From the NCBI GenBank assembly GCA_038526275.1, contig JBCBGY010000001.1:16344-80343 (forward strand): DNA of 64,000 bases, in the 5' to 3' direction. Origin of the DNA: Pseudomonadota bacterium (GTDB taxonomy: Bacteria; Pseudomonadota; Alphaproteobacteria; Rhodobacterales; Rhodobacteraceae). Shown piece after piece: positions 26,521 through 35,274 of the stretch (position 1 is its first letter; each line of letters starts with the position of its first letter). The position numbers were made by a program, and so were the translations under genes. The notes below the pieces were generated by a model. It did no database searches. It was not told where the DNA came from and was given only the letters and a program-made list of their open reading frames with translations.

Positions 26521-29500
26521 TCAGGCGATGTCTTCGGGCAAGGCTGTGATGAACTCAATATCGTCCACCAACTCATTCACATCAGCGACGCCACGCACCT
26601 GAAGCGTGTCGCCATTGCCAAAGGTGAACTGGGTGAAGATGCGACCGACCTGATCGGCGAACTGATCCACCACTTCCTGGGCCGTTAGATCGGCATTGTC
26701 CCAAAGCTCCGTGTTGAAGAGGATCGTGTCGACATCATTTTCGAAATCCAAAACGAGGTCGCGGTCCGAATCCCGTTCATAGTAGAACGTGTCGCCGCCA
26801 GCCCGACCAAGCAACAGATCATTCCCGGTGCCACCGTCGAGGAAATCTTCGTTGTTGCCGCCATCCAAGCGGTCTGCACCCTCTCCACCGAAGAGACTGT
26901 CATTTCCATTGCCGCCGCGCAGATCGTCGATGCCTTCGCCACCGAACAGTTGGTCAACACCCATTCCGGCCGCGAGGATGTCGTTTCCAGCACCCCCTGC
27001 AAGAAAATCGTCACCTTGGCGGCCCCGGATAACGTTGTTGCCATCACTGCCGAAGATCACGTCAGCCGCGGTCGTGCCGCGAACATCTGCGTTTGTCGTC
27101 CCTTGCAGCGTGAATTCGGTGACACCCGCGTCCAGGAAGAAGTTGGCATAGAACGGCGCATCAGCAATGACGGTCAAATCCTGATCGGCGACAGAGGTTT
27201 GGCCGATACCGCCGATGGCATCCGGCTCGTTTACAACGATGGCATTGCCGTCTTGAGCAGCATTCAAAGCCAGGTCGAAATCGCCAAAGGCTCCGATCTG
27301 CTGTTGCAGATCCGGCGAGGCGAATACGGACACGAACACGGTCGGTTCATCCGGTCCCAGATCGAGGCCGATGATGACCGGGTCGTGGTCCGAATTGCGG
27401 AACGGGACCGAGCCGTCAAAGATGGACGCGTCCCTGCCAAATTCCAGATTGTAGTCCAGCGCGTCCGGCTCGTCTGCATTGACATGCCATTCGGTGGCGC
27501 CAGTGACCTGATCCAACAGGCCCGCATTGGCCAGCGCATAGTCGAGCGTACCGGTCAGACCGTCAAAGACGAAGCTGTAGGCATCCTCACCCACAAACTG
27601 TTCGGCCAGATCCGTGAAGCCCTGGCTTTCCAGATAGGTGATCGGGTCTTCGTTGGCATAGGCATTCAGGTCACCGAGGATCAGAATGTCTTCATCACCG
27701 GAACCGGTCGGGTCCCCGGCGAGCCAGGCTTCCAATTCAATAGCGGCCTTTGTACGGGTGTCGTTCCAAAATCCTTGGCCGTCCAACTGATCGCTGTCCG
27801 GATCTGCCGCGTCGCCAGCGGTCAGACCGCTGCTGCCTTTGGATTTGAAGTGGTTGACGGATGCAGTGAAGCTTTCGCGGGTCTCAATCTCTTGGAAGGT
27901 CTGGGCCAAAGCTGCGCGGTTGCGGCCACCATCGGTGGTACTGTTGGGATCGATGAACGCTTCGGTGTCCAGCACCGCCGCGTCTCCGACCAGGGTCGTA
28001 GAGGTGGTGTCGTAGATGAAGCCCACGGCGATTGCGTCGCCGCCCACAAATTCCGACGTTGTCGTAGTTTGGCCAGACGGGCGCACCCAATCGTAGATCG
28101 TGCCACCGAGCGACGCGTTCACCGCATCGACCAGCTCCTGGATCGCAACGCCAGACCCGATGACATTACCTGTGCCGGTCGGGGCATCGCCGCCGGTGGC
28201 AAAGTCGTTTTCCAACTCGACCAGGCCCACAACGTCGGCATCCATTGCGACCAGGGCTTGCACCAGCTTATCGAGTTGCCGGTTATATTCCTCATCGAAG
28301 GCAGGCGTCGGGTCGGCATTCTGCGGATTGGCATCTGCACCGCGCGGGTCCAGACCATTCGGGCCAGAGCCCTCGTCCGCATCTGGGAACTCGTCCAGCG
28401 TCGTGAAGAAGTTCAGAACGTTCAGGCTGGCGACCTTGTAGTCTGACCCCACATCCTCGGGCGCGTCCTCGCGTTCATTGACCTTGTCGAACGTGTTCTC
28501 GCCGTCCTGCGTCGCGCGCACCCGCCAGGTGGCGCCGGAAGCTGCGTCGCCCGCCCATTGGTAGCTCAACACGCCAGACAGATCGTCGATCGTGTCGCCC
28601 ATGCGGATGTCTGTGGCGGTGCTAAAGGTCGGGCCGAACCCATCAAGGTTGCCGATAGCGGCGTTCTGTTCGCTTAGGCCATCGTCATAGGTGATGGTGC
28701 GGCTGCCAACCTCTTCCAGATAGGCGGCGAAGCTTGCAGCATCCGGGTCGTTGAACTGCGTGAACTGTTCCGGACGATCGCCCTCGGTCAGCTTGATCTC
28801 GTTGAACCGGTCAAGCTGGAACATCTCGGTAATGGTCAACGTGTCGGCGAACGTGACCAGCATGCCCTCAAACGCTTCGAGATCGGGCTGAAAATCGCCG
28901 TCCTGGCTCAGCGTCGTGCTGCTGGAGGGCAGATCGATCGTGGCCGCCGTGGGCAGCGTATTGCCAGAAGAGATGATGGTAATGTCGGTGATCGTATCAA
29001 GCTGCGTCTCGCCAAAGAACTCGTCGACCGTGCCGGTGATCTGAACTTTGTCGCCGACATTGACGTCGGTGATGAAGTCGCCGTTCTCGAAGACGAAGAT
29101 ACCTTCCGACGTGGCAACATCACCATCGGCGTCCGCATCCTCTTCCTGGATATAGAAGCCCCGCAAGTCACGGCTATCATCCGCGTCACCATCCTGGAAA
29201 TCGCCCACAACGATGGCTTCGACCGTCACAACCTGATCGTCGAGCAGGTTCTGGTCTTCGGTGCCCTGGATTTCGTGGATCTTGGTAAGCGCAACCTCGT
29301 CGCTGGTGATCGTGCCTTCGCCCGTATCATCTGCGATCTCGACGCCGTTCGTTGCGTTTGACAGAGCCACGGTAAAGGTCTCGTCCGCCTCTACATCCGT
29401 GTCGTCGATCAGATCCACTGTGACCTGCTGCGTTTCGCCTGCAGTACCGGCAAAAATCAGCGTCCCCGACGTTGCAACATAGTCGCTGCCAGCCAGTGCG

Positions 29501-30831
29501 GTGCCGTCGACGGTGGTGAAATCGACCTGAGTACCACCGGTCACATCGGCAGACAGGGTAACGTCGAACGTTGCCGTACCGTCGGTTTCCGAAACCGTCA
29601 CATCGCTGATCTGAAGGCTGGGCGTGACAGTGCCGCCGCTTGTACCGGTGACCAACACATTGTCGATGGCCACATCTTCGTCGCCGGCATTCAACTGGTA
29701 GGTCAGGCGCAGATCCAGCGTGGAACCAGTGCCAGCAATATCGGCCAGGAAGGTTTGGAACGTGTCCGTCAATTCCGTGCCATCACCGTCGCCATCGAAG
29801 TCGGTATCAACCGCCGGAACGGCGTTGAACGCATCACCATCCGGCACTGACTCAAAGTGCAGCAGGTTCTGAAAGCCGCCACCATCGATCTGGTAGTCGA
29901 TGTGGAAGAAGTCGGTCAGATCCCAGTCTTCCGCACTGTCGCCTGCGGTATCTTCCGCCACATCAATGGCGAACTGCAGATCGGTCAGGCCAGCAATATC
30001 CAGGCCCGTGAAATCCATGGTCACGGGCAATGCTGCCCCTTCCCCGTCAAGGTCCTGAGCGGCGAAGAACGTGCCATCTGCATCGAGCAGGTCGTACCCG
30101 GTACCGATGTTCGTCGTTCCATCAGTGCGGATGAAGAAGTCGAAGAACCCGTCCGAGAATTCCGGTGTCGATACGGTGTAGGCGACGTCAGCGTCTTCGA
30201 AATCCTCCAGCACCACGACGGTGGGGCCAGCTTCGGTGCCCTCCACCACGAAGTTATCGAACGCTATATCTTCGTCACCTGCATTCAGGCTGAACGTAGC
30301 CCGCACGTCCAGAGTCGAACCCAAGCCAGCAATGGCCGCAGTGAAGGTCTGGAAAGCATTGGTCAGTTCGGTGCCATCACCGTCGCCATCGAAGTCGGTA
30401 TCAACAGCGGGAACGGCGTTGAACGCATCACCATCCGGGACAGACTCAAAGTGCAGCAGGCTTTGATAGCCGCCGCCATCGATTTGAAAATCGATATGGA
30501 CAAAATCGCTCAGATCCCAGTCTTCATTGCCGTCGCTGGAATCATCTTCTGCCGCGTCGACCGAGAATGACAGATCGGTGAAGCTGGAAATGTCGATTCC
30601 GGTGAAATCCAGCGTTACCGGCAGAGCAGCGCCTTCGCCGTCGATATCCTGGGCCGCGAAGTAGGCGCCGTCATTTCCGGTAATCTCGTAGGTTCCGCTG
30701 ATCGTTGTGCCCACCAGCGCGCCAACCCGGGAAAAGAAGTCAAAGCTTCCATCGGAAAATTCTGGGGTGCTGGTCGAGTACCGCGTGCCGTTTCCGTCTG
30801 TTGTAAAGCTTTCTGTGAAGATGACCGTCAT
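26521..30831 (-). CDS. ExeM/NucH family extracellular endonuclease: duplicated N-terminal domain, Calx-beta, OB-fold, EEP nuclease, RTX Ca-binding repeats
   Basis: VASLNVLNFF, VGLVELEN, GGDAIAVGFIY, VNHFKSKG, ILGDLNAY, TLDYAL, SDHDPV; Calx-beta DVTVSETDGTATFDVTLS; GGxGxD repeats near C-terminus; start at MTVIF. Confidence 0.9.
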   Translation of the reverse strand: MTVIFTESFTTDGNGTRYSTSTPEFSDGSFDFFSRVGALVGTTISGTYEITGNDGAYFAAQDIDGEGAALPVTLDFTGIDISSFTDLSFSVDAAEDDSSDGNEDWDLSDFVHIDFQIDGGGYQSLLHFESVPDGDAFNAVPAVDTDFDGDGDGTELTNAFQTFTAAIAGLGSTLDVRATFSLNAGDEDIAFDNFVVEGTEAGPTVVVLEDFEDADVAYTVSTPEFSDGFFDFFIRTDGTTNIGTGYDLLDADGTFFAAQDLDGEGAALPVTMDFTGLDIAGLTDLQFAIDVAEDTAGDSAEDWDLTDFFHIDYQIDGGGFQNLLHFESVPDGDAFNAVPAVDTDFDGDGDGTELTDTFQTFLADIAGTGSTLDLRLTYQLNAGDEDVAIDNVLVTGTSGGTVTPSLQISDVTVSETDGTATFDVTLSADVTGGTQVDFTTVDGTALAGSDYVATSGTLIFAGTAGETQQVTVDLIDDTDVEADETFTVALSNATNGVEIADDTGEGTITSDEVALTKIHEIQGTEDQNLLDDQVVTVEAIVVGDFQDGDADDSRDLRGFYIQEEDADADGDVATSEGIFVFENGDFITDVNVGDKVQITGTVDEFFGETQLDTITDITIISSGNTLPTAATIDLPSSSTTLSQDGDFQPDLEAFEGMLVTFADTLTITEMFQLDRFNEIKLTEGDRPEQFTQFNDPDAASFAAYLEEVGSRTITYDDGLSEQNAAIGNLDGFGPTFSTATDIRMGDTIDDLSGVLSYQWAGDAASGATWRVRATQDGENTFDKVNEREDAPEDVGSDYKVASLNVLNFFTTLDEFPDADEGSGPNGLDPRGADANPQNADPTPAFDEEYNRQLDKLVQALVAMDADVVGLVELENDFATGGDAPTGTGNVIGSGVAIQELVDAVNASLGGTIYDWVRPSGQTTTTSEFVGGDAIAVGFIYDTTSTTLVGDAAVLDTEAFIDPNSTTDGGRNRAALAQTFQEIETRESFTASVNHFKSKGSSGLTAGDAADPDSDQLDGQGFWNDTRTKAAIELEAWLAGDPTGSGDEDILILGDLNAYANEDPITYLESQGFTDLAEQFVGEDAYSFVFDGLTGTLDYALANAGLLDQVTGATEWHVNADEPDALDYNLEFGRDASIFDGSVPFRNSDHDPVIIGLDLGPDEPTVFVSVFASPDLQQQIGAFGDFDLALNAAQDGNAIVVNEPDAIGGIGQTSVADQDLTVIADAPFYANFFLDAGVTEFTLQGTTNADVRGTTAADVIFGSDGNNVIRGRQGDDFLAGGAGNDILAAGMGVDQLFGGEGIDDLRGGNGNDSLFGGEGADRLDGGNNEDFLDGGTGNDLLLGRAGGDTFYYERDSDRDLVLDFENDVDTILFNTELWDNADLTAQEVVDQFADQVGRIFTQFTFGNGDTLQVRGVADVNELVDDIEFITALPEDIA
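29645..30831 (-). repeat. Tandem intragenic duplication (~594 nt period) at the nuclease N-terminus
   Basis: LLHFESVPDGDAFNAVPAVDTDFDGDGDGTELT occurs twice; DNA near 29777 and 30371 is near-identical. Confidence 0.9.
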
Positions 30832-30998
30832 CGCCCTGTCCTTGCAAACGCCGACTAATTTTACGTGGAGGTACGACATCCGCGAGCAAAACAAGATCTT
30901 GCCTGACGGATTTCCCCCCTGACCCGGTCCATATGGGATTTAGCGGGCGGGGAATATTCATAGTTTTATGACGCTGCGTTAATACCCCAGCAGTTTGA

Positions 30999-31646
30999 TT
31001 AACTGCTCTCTTGAATATCAATTACCGCGCCGCCCGCCGCGCGGGCATCTTCGATATCATGGGTGACCATCAGGGTCGGCAAGCCCCGTTGCTGTGCATA
31101 GTCAAAAACCAGCCTTCGGATCTGCATCCGTCGATCGGTATCCAAGCGCGAAAAGGCTTCGTCCAGCAGGAGCGCCTTTGGCTCAGACAAGAGCATGCGC
31201 ATCAGGGCCACACGAGCCTTTTGACCACCCGACAGGGTCGCAGGGTCGCGATCGGCAAATCCAGCGAGCCCTATCTCTTCCAGGGCGTTTTCAATGCGGG
31301 CGCGCCGCTTGGCCCGCCCCCGCACGGACGGGGCCAGTCCGAATGCCAGGTTTTCCCCGACCGAAAGGTGCGGGAATAGCAAATCGTCCTGAAAGAGGAT
31401 GCCTATGCGCCGCTTTTCAGTCGGCCAGTCGGTAATGTCCTGACCATCCAGGATGATCCGGCCAGAGGCGTTGAAGTCGCGGCCAAGCGTGCCAATGAGC
31501 AAGGACAGCAGGGTGGATTTGCCAGAGCCCGACGGTCCCATAACGGTCAGGACTTCTCCTGGCGGCACATGCCGATCCAGTTCCACCAGGATCCTTGCAT
31601 CTTGGGCCACGCAGATCTTTTGCAGGGCCAACCCGCAATCAGGCAT
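30999..31646 (-). CDS. ABC transporter ATP-binding protein (YnjD-like)
   Basis: GPSGSGKS, FQDDLLFPHL, LSGGQ, LLLDEAF, VTHD. Confidence 0.88.
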   Translation of the reverse strand: MPDCGLALQKICVAQDARILVELDRHVPPGEVLTVMGPSGSGKSTLLSLLIGTLGRDFNASGRIILDGQDITDWPTEKRRIGILFQDDLLFPHLSVGENLAFGLAPSVRGRAKRRARIENALEEIGLAGFADRDPATLSGGQKARVALMRMLLSEPKALLLDEAFSRLDTDRRMQIRRLVFDYAQQRGLPTLMVTHDIEDARAAGGAVIDIQESS

Positions 31647-33324
31647 GACGCAGCCCCCGCCGATGGCGCCAGACGACAGCGGGTATCAAGATCGCCGCGG
31701 CAAAAGGCAAAAGGGCGGCCAGGGTTTGGGCCAAGCTGTAGACCCCGATGGCGCGGCGATCCCCGCCCGCCGCCAGCGCCAGGGCTTCGGTCGTCAGGGT
31801 CTGGACCCGGCCACCGCCGATCAAGAGCGTCGGCAAATACTGCCCTACCGATACGGCAAATCCTACGGCGAAGGCTGTCAGGATCGGGCGCACGAGCATC
31901 GGCAGCCGCACCCGCCAAAGGATCCGGTCCGGCCCAGCGCCCAGCGCCTTGGCAATCGTGCCATAGCGCGGGTCCCAGGCGCGAAACGGGTCCGCCAGTG
32001 ACAGAAAGACATAGGGCAAAACAAAAACCAGGTGGGCGGCGATGACGGGCCCTCGCCCATTCTCGGCCCCCGTGCTGAGCAAAAGGGCCTGCAAACCGGG
32101 GAGAAAGGCCGTTTGAGGAACGAGGAGCGGAAGGTAGAGGATGACAAACCCCCACCACCCCATGCGGAGCCCCCGGCGCTGTTCGGTTTCCAGACAACCC
32201 AAGGTCAGGATCAAGGCAAGTGCGGTGGCCCATGAGGCGATGAGCGTGGTTTCGATCAAAGCGTCCCATAGGCCGGGGCCGTGGCGCATCCAACTGCGCA
32301 GTGTCAGCCCGTTTGGTAGCGCATCGGGATACGTCCAGAACCCGGCCACGGACCAGACGGCGAGACCAAGCAGCCCAGCCAGAACCAACGCGGTACTGAC
32401 GACGCCTATCAGCAGGCCAAGCCTTCGCAATACCCTGTCAAAGTGCCCACGCCTGCCGTTCCAGACCACACGATGCCCCAAAGCACCGGCCAATCGCTCG
32501 CAGAGCCACCAAAAGGTCAATGCGCCGAGCACCAGCCCAAACTGCGCGACAGCCCCCGCAGCGGCTTGCAAGCGCAAGGCCAGGTCTGGATCGCTCATCC
32601 AACGCACGATCTGGACGGATAAGGTTGGTGGCGTATTCGGGCCAAGGATCAGGGCCACATCGACCACCGACATCGAATAGGCCAGGACGACATATACGGG
32701 CAGGCGGATCTGCGCATAAATGCTTGGAAACACGGTGCACAGCCACCCCGTAACCCGACCATAACCCAGACTGCGCGCGACCGTCAGCGCCCGCGCGCCA
32801 TCGCTTTGCGCCAGCGCCGCCAGCGTCATGAGCATCAGAAAAGGGACTTCCTTCGCCACCAATCCGGCGACCATGGCGAGCCCCCAGGGATCTTGCAGGA
32901 TCAGCACGTCGGGCGGCTGGGTCCATCCGGTGCCCCACGGTGATACGAGCCGCACCAACCATCCGGACGGTGCGATCAGAAAGGCCAGCCCGAAAGCTGC
33001 GGCCGCATGTGGCACAGATAAGAGCGGCGACAAGACACGCTCCAGCCAGCGAAAGGCGCGTGTGCCGACCCATCCAGCCGTGATCAGCGCGACAATGGCC
33101 AGGGATAGTGACGTGGCGAGGGTTCCGGTAAAGACGCTCAGGAACACTGCGCTGCCAAATCCCGGCCACAGCCAAAGGTCGCGGAACGGCTGCAAGGTCA
33201 CGTCAGTCTGACCGACCGCCGGGAAAAAGCCGAATGCAGGCAGCAAAGTTCCAGCCAAACCCGCGGCAACCGGCCCGATCATAGCGATCAGCGTTACCGT
33301 GGGCAGCCAGGGGAGCGCGCGCAT
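31639..33324 (-). CDS. ABC transporter double permease (YnjC-like)
   Basis: LSVPHAAAAFG, KEVPF, ARSLGY, YSMSVVD, FAVSVGQYLPTL. Confidence 0.85.
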   Translation of the reverse strand: MRALPWLPTVTLIAMIGPVAAGLAGTLLPAFGFFPAVGQTDVTLQPFRDLWLWPGFGSAVFLSVFTGTLATSLSLAIVALITAGWVGTRAFRWLERVLSPLLSVPHAAAAFGLAFLIAPSGWLVRLVSPWGTGWTQPPDVLILQDPWGLAMVAGLVAKEVPFLMLMTLAALAQSDGARALTVARSLGYGRVTGWLCTVFPSIYAQIRLPVYVVLAYSMSVVDVALILGPNTPPTLSVQIVRWMSDPDLALRLQAAAGAVAQFGLVLGALTFWWLCERLAGALGHRVVWNGRRGHFDRVLRRLGLLIGVVSTALVLAGLLGLAVWSVAGFWTYPDALPNGLTLRSWMRHGPGLWDALIETTLIASWATALALILTLGCLETEQRRGLRMGWWGFVILYLPLLVPQTAFLPGLQALLLSTGAENGRGPVIAAHLVFVLPYVFLSLADPFRAWDPRYGTIAKALGAGPDRILWRVRLPMLVRPILTAFAVGFAVSVGQYLPTLLIGGGRVQTLTTEALALAAGGDRRAIGVYSLAQTLAALLPFAAAILIPAVVWRHRRGLRHA

Positions 33325-33328
33325 GGCG

Positions 33329-34531
33329 CTACTCGGCGACCCCAAACCGCTGGGTCCAATCCGCGCTGATCCGGGTCATCCAGCTGGGATGCGGCTCTGG
33401 CTGCGCTGGCCCCAGCTCGGCCGGTGTCAGTGTCGCGATACCGAGGTCGAGCGCTTCAAAGGCGGCGCGATCCGACTCATCAAGCTTGGCCATGTCCAGA
33501 ACCGTCCCATATCCCAAAACGTTCGGATCCTGGGCGCGGGCCTGCGCTTCAGGCGAAAGCAGGAAGTTCGCCACGACCATCGCTCCGGCCTTTGATCCGC
33601 TATTGTACGGGATGGCCACGAAGCTCGCATTGCCCAATGTTCCCTTGTCCAGCACGAAGGTGCGGGCGGTTTCGGGCAGTTGGAAGTTCGCGATGGCCGT
33701 CGACGCCTCGCCAGGGCTAAAAGAAATCGCCAGGTCGATCTCACCGTCGGCAATCAACTGTAGCTGCCGCGGCCCTGTCTGCGGATAGGCCCGACCTTGC
33801 CGCCAAAGGTTTGGGGTCAGTTCCTCCAGAAACGCCCAGAGCGGCGCGGTCACAGCGTCGTAATCCGCATCATCGACAGACCCTTGCAAGGCGGCGGTAT
33901 CTTCGGTGAGATCAATGAGCGCCTGTTTCAGGAAAGTCGCCCCGAGAAAATCCGGTGGCTGCGGAAAGGTGAACCGTCCAGGATTGGCCTTCGCCCATTC
34001 CAGCAATGCGGGCATGGATCCGAGGCGTTGTGGCAGGCGGGCGGTGTCGTGGATGAACACAACCTGCGCCATGGCCCACGGGCTTTCATACCCTTCAACC
34101 GGAACAGTGAAATCGGTCTGAACCGTCTTGCCGTCCACGTCGACAAATTGCCAGTTCGGCAAGTCTTCGGCGAAGGGACCAAAGAGCAAGTTGGCCTCTT
34201 TCATCGCTGCAAAGTTGGCCCCATTGATCCAGATCAGATCAATTGCCCCGTCGTCGTCGGTGCCGGCGGTCTTTTCCGCCAAGACACGGCTGACGGCATC
34301 GGCAGTGTCGGCGAGTTTCACATGTTCCAGCGTCACGCCATGGGCCTGCTGCACGTTTGACCCGACCCAGGCGATGAAGTCATTGGTGGTGGTCGACCCG
34401 CCCCATGCATTCCAGTAAACGGTCTGGCCCCTTGCTTCTGCCAGAACGGCATCCCAATCCTGTGGCTTTGGCTCAGCGACCGCGCCGTTGGCGACCAATG
34501 TGGCCAAGGCGGCTGCAATCAGACGTTTCAT
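33329..34531 (-). CDS. ABC transporter substrate-binding protein (YnjB-like)
   Basis: GQTVYWNAWGG, DLIWINGANF, ESPWAMAQ, PGRFTFPQPPDFLG, FLLSPEAQ. Confidence 0.85.
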   Translation of the reverse strand: MKRLIAAALATLVANGAVAEPKPQDWDAVLAEARGQTVYWNAWGGSTTTNDFIAWVGSNVQQAHGVTLEHVKLADTADAVSRVLAEKTAGTDDDGAIDLIWINGANFAAMKEANLLFGPFAEDLPNWQFVDVDGKTVQTDFTVPVEGYESPWAMAQVVFIHDTARLPQRLGSMPALLEWAKANPGRFTFPQPPDFLGATFLKQALIDLTEDTAALQGSVDDADYDAVTAPLWAFLEELTPNLWRQGRAYPQTGPRQLQLIADGEIDLAISFSPGEASTAIANFQLPETARTFVLDKGTLGNASFVAIPYNSGSKAGAMVVANFLLSPEAQARAQDPNVLGYGTVLDMAKLDESDRAAFEALDLGIATLTPAELGPAQPEPHPSWMTRISADWTQRFGVAE

Positions 34532-34555
34532 ATTGGGCTTTCCTATCTCGCGCTG

Positions 34556-35176
34556 TCAGTTTTGACTTACACCGGGAAAGACGCGACGTGCCAGCAAGAT
34601 CCTTGCGCTTGCCGTCACAAAACAGAGCGTTCCAAAAATCCAAGCCAGGGACGAAAACCATCCGGGCAAAAGGCACAGAACAACGAAAAACACAATGGTT
34701 TCTGTGCCTTCCAGCAGCCCTCCGGTGAAGTAGAGGGACTTTACCCCCCGTGCATGGGTTTGCATCTTGGCCTTTTCCGCCAGCACCGCGTAGCCCAGAA
34801 ACGTTGTGCCATTGAAGTAGAAACTGGTTAGAAGAAAGGCCCCCGCCGCGCCGTTTGCAGCAGGGTCAGACAGTACAAAGGCCAAAGGAACAGCACCGTA
34901 GAACAGGAAATCGGCGGCGATATCCAGAAAGCCTCCGAAATCAGTTTTCTGCGTTGCGCGGGCCACGGCGCCGTCCAGGCCGTCTGCAACACGACTGGCC
35001 AACAGAAAGATCAAGGCAATGCCAAACCTTTCCAAGCAGATGAATGCCGCGGCGGCCAGGCCCAGGACAAGACCCGCAAGGGTTACCTGATTAGCCGAGA
35101 TGCCCTTCGCCGCAATCCGCGCGCCCAACCAGTTTAGCGGCGGATCAATGAGCTTACGCGCGCTGGCATCCAGCAT
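34556..35176 (-). CDS. CDP-alcohol phosphatidyltransferase family protein (YnjF-like)
   Basis: ANQVT, DGLDGAVAR...GGFLDIAAD motif, GGLLEGTET. Confidence 0.88.
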   Translation of the reverse strand: MLDASARKLIDPPLNWLGARIAAKGISANQVTLAGLVLGLAAAAFICLERFGIALIFLLASRVADGLDGAVARATQKTDFGGFLDIAADFLFYGAVPLAFVLSDPAANGAAGAFLLTSFYFNGTTFLGYAVLAEKAKMQTHARGVKSLYFTGGLLEGTETIVFFVVLCLLPGWFSSLAWIFGTLCFVTASARILLARRVFPGVSQN

Positions 35177-35274
35177 GACCTATCCATCCCTCGACGTCTC
35201 GGACCTTGTCATTGCGCGTTCAAGGGAACAAGGCAACTGCGCCCTTCGTCACTTAACGCCAAGTTGAGGAAGGA

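Noticed and set aside
26760-27060. 27-nt periodic GC-rich repeats
   Set aside because: Ordinary RTX GGxGxD calcium-binding repeats of the nuclease
26950-28446. 498-aa + strand ORF opposite the nuclease; similar long antisense ORFs at 3541-4497, 13134-14180 and 51544-52653
   Set aside because: Stop-poor antisense frames expected from GC-rich codon bias; no recognisable motifs, and each fully overlaps a well-supported gene
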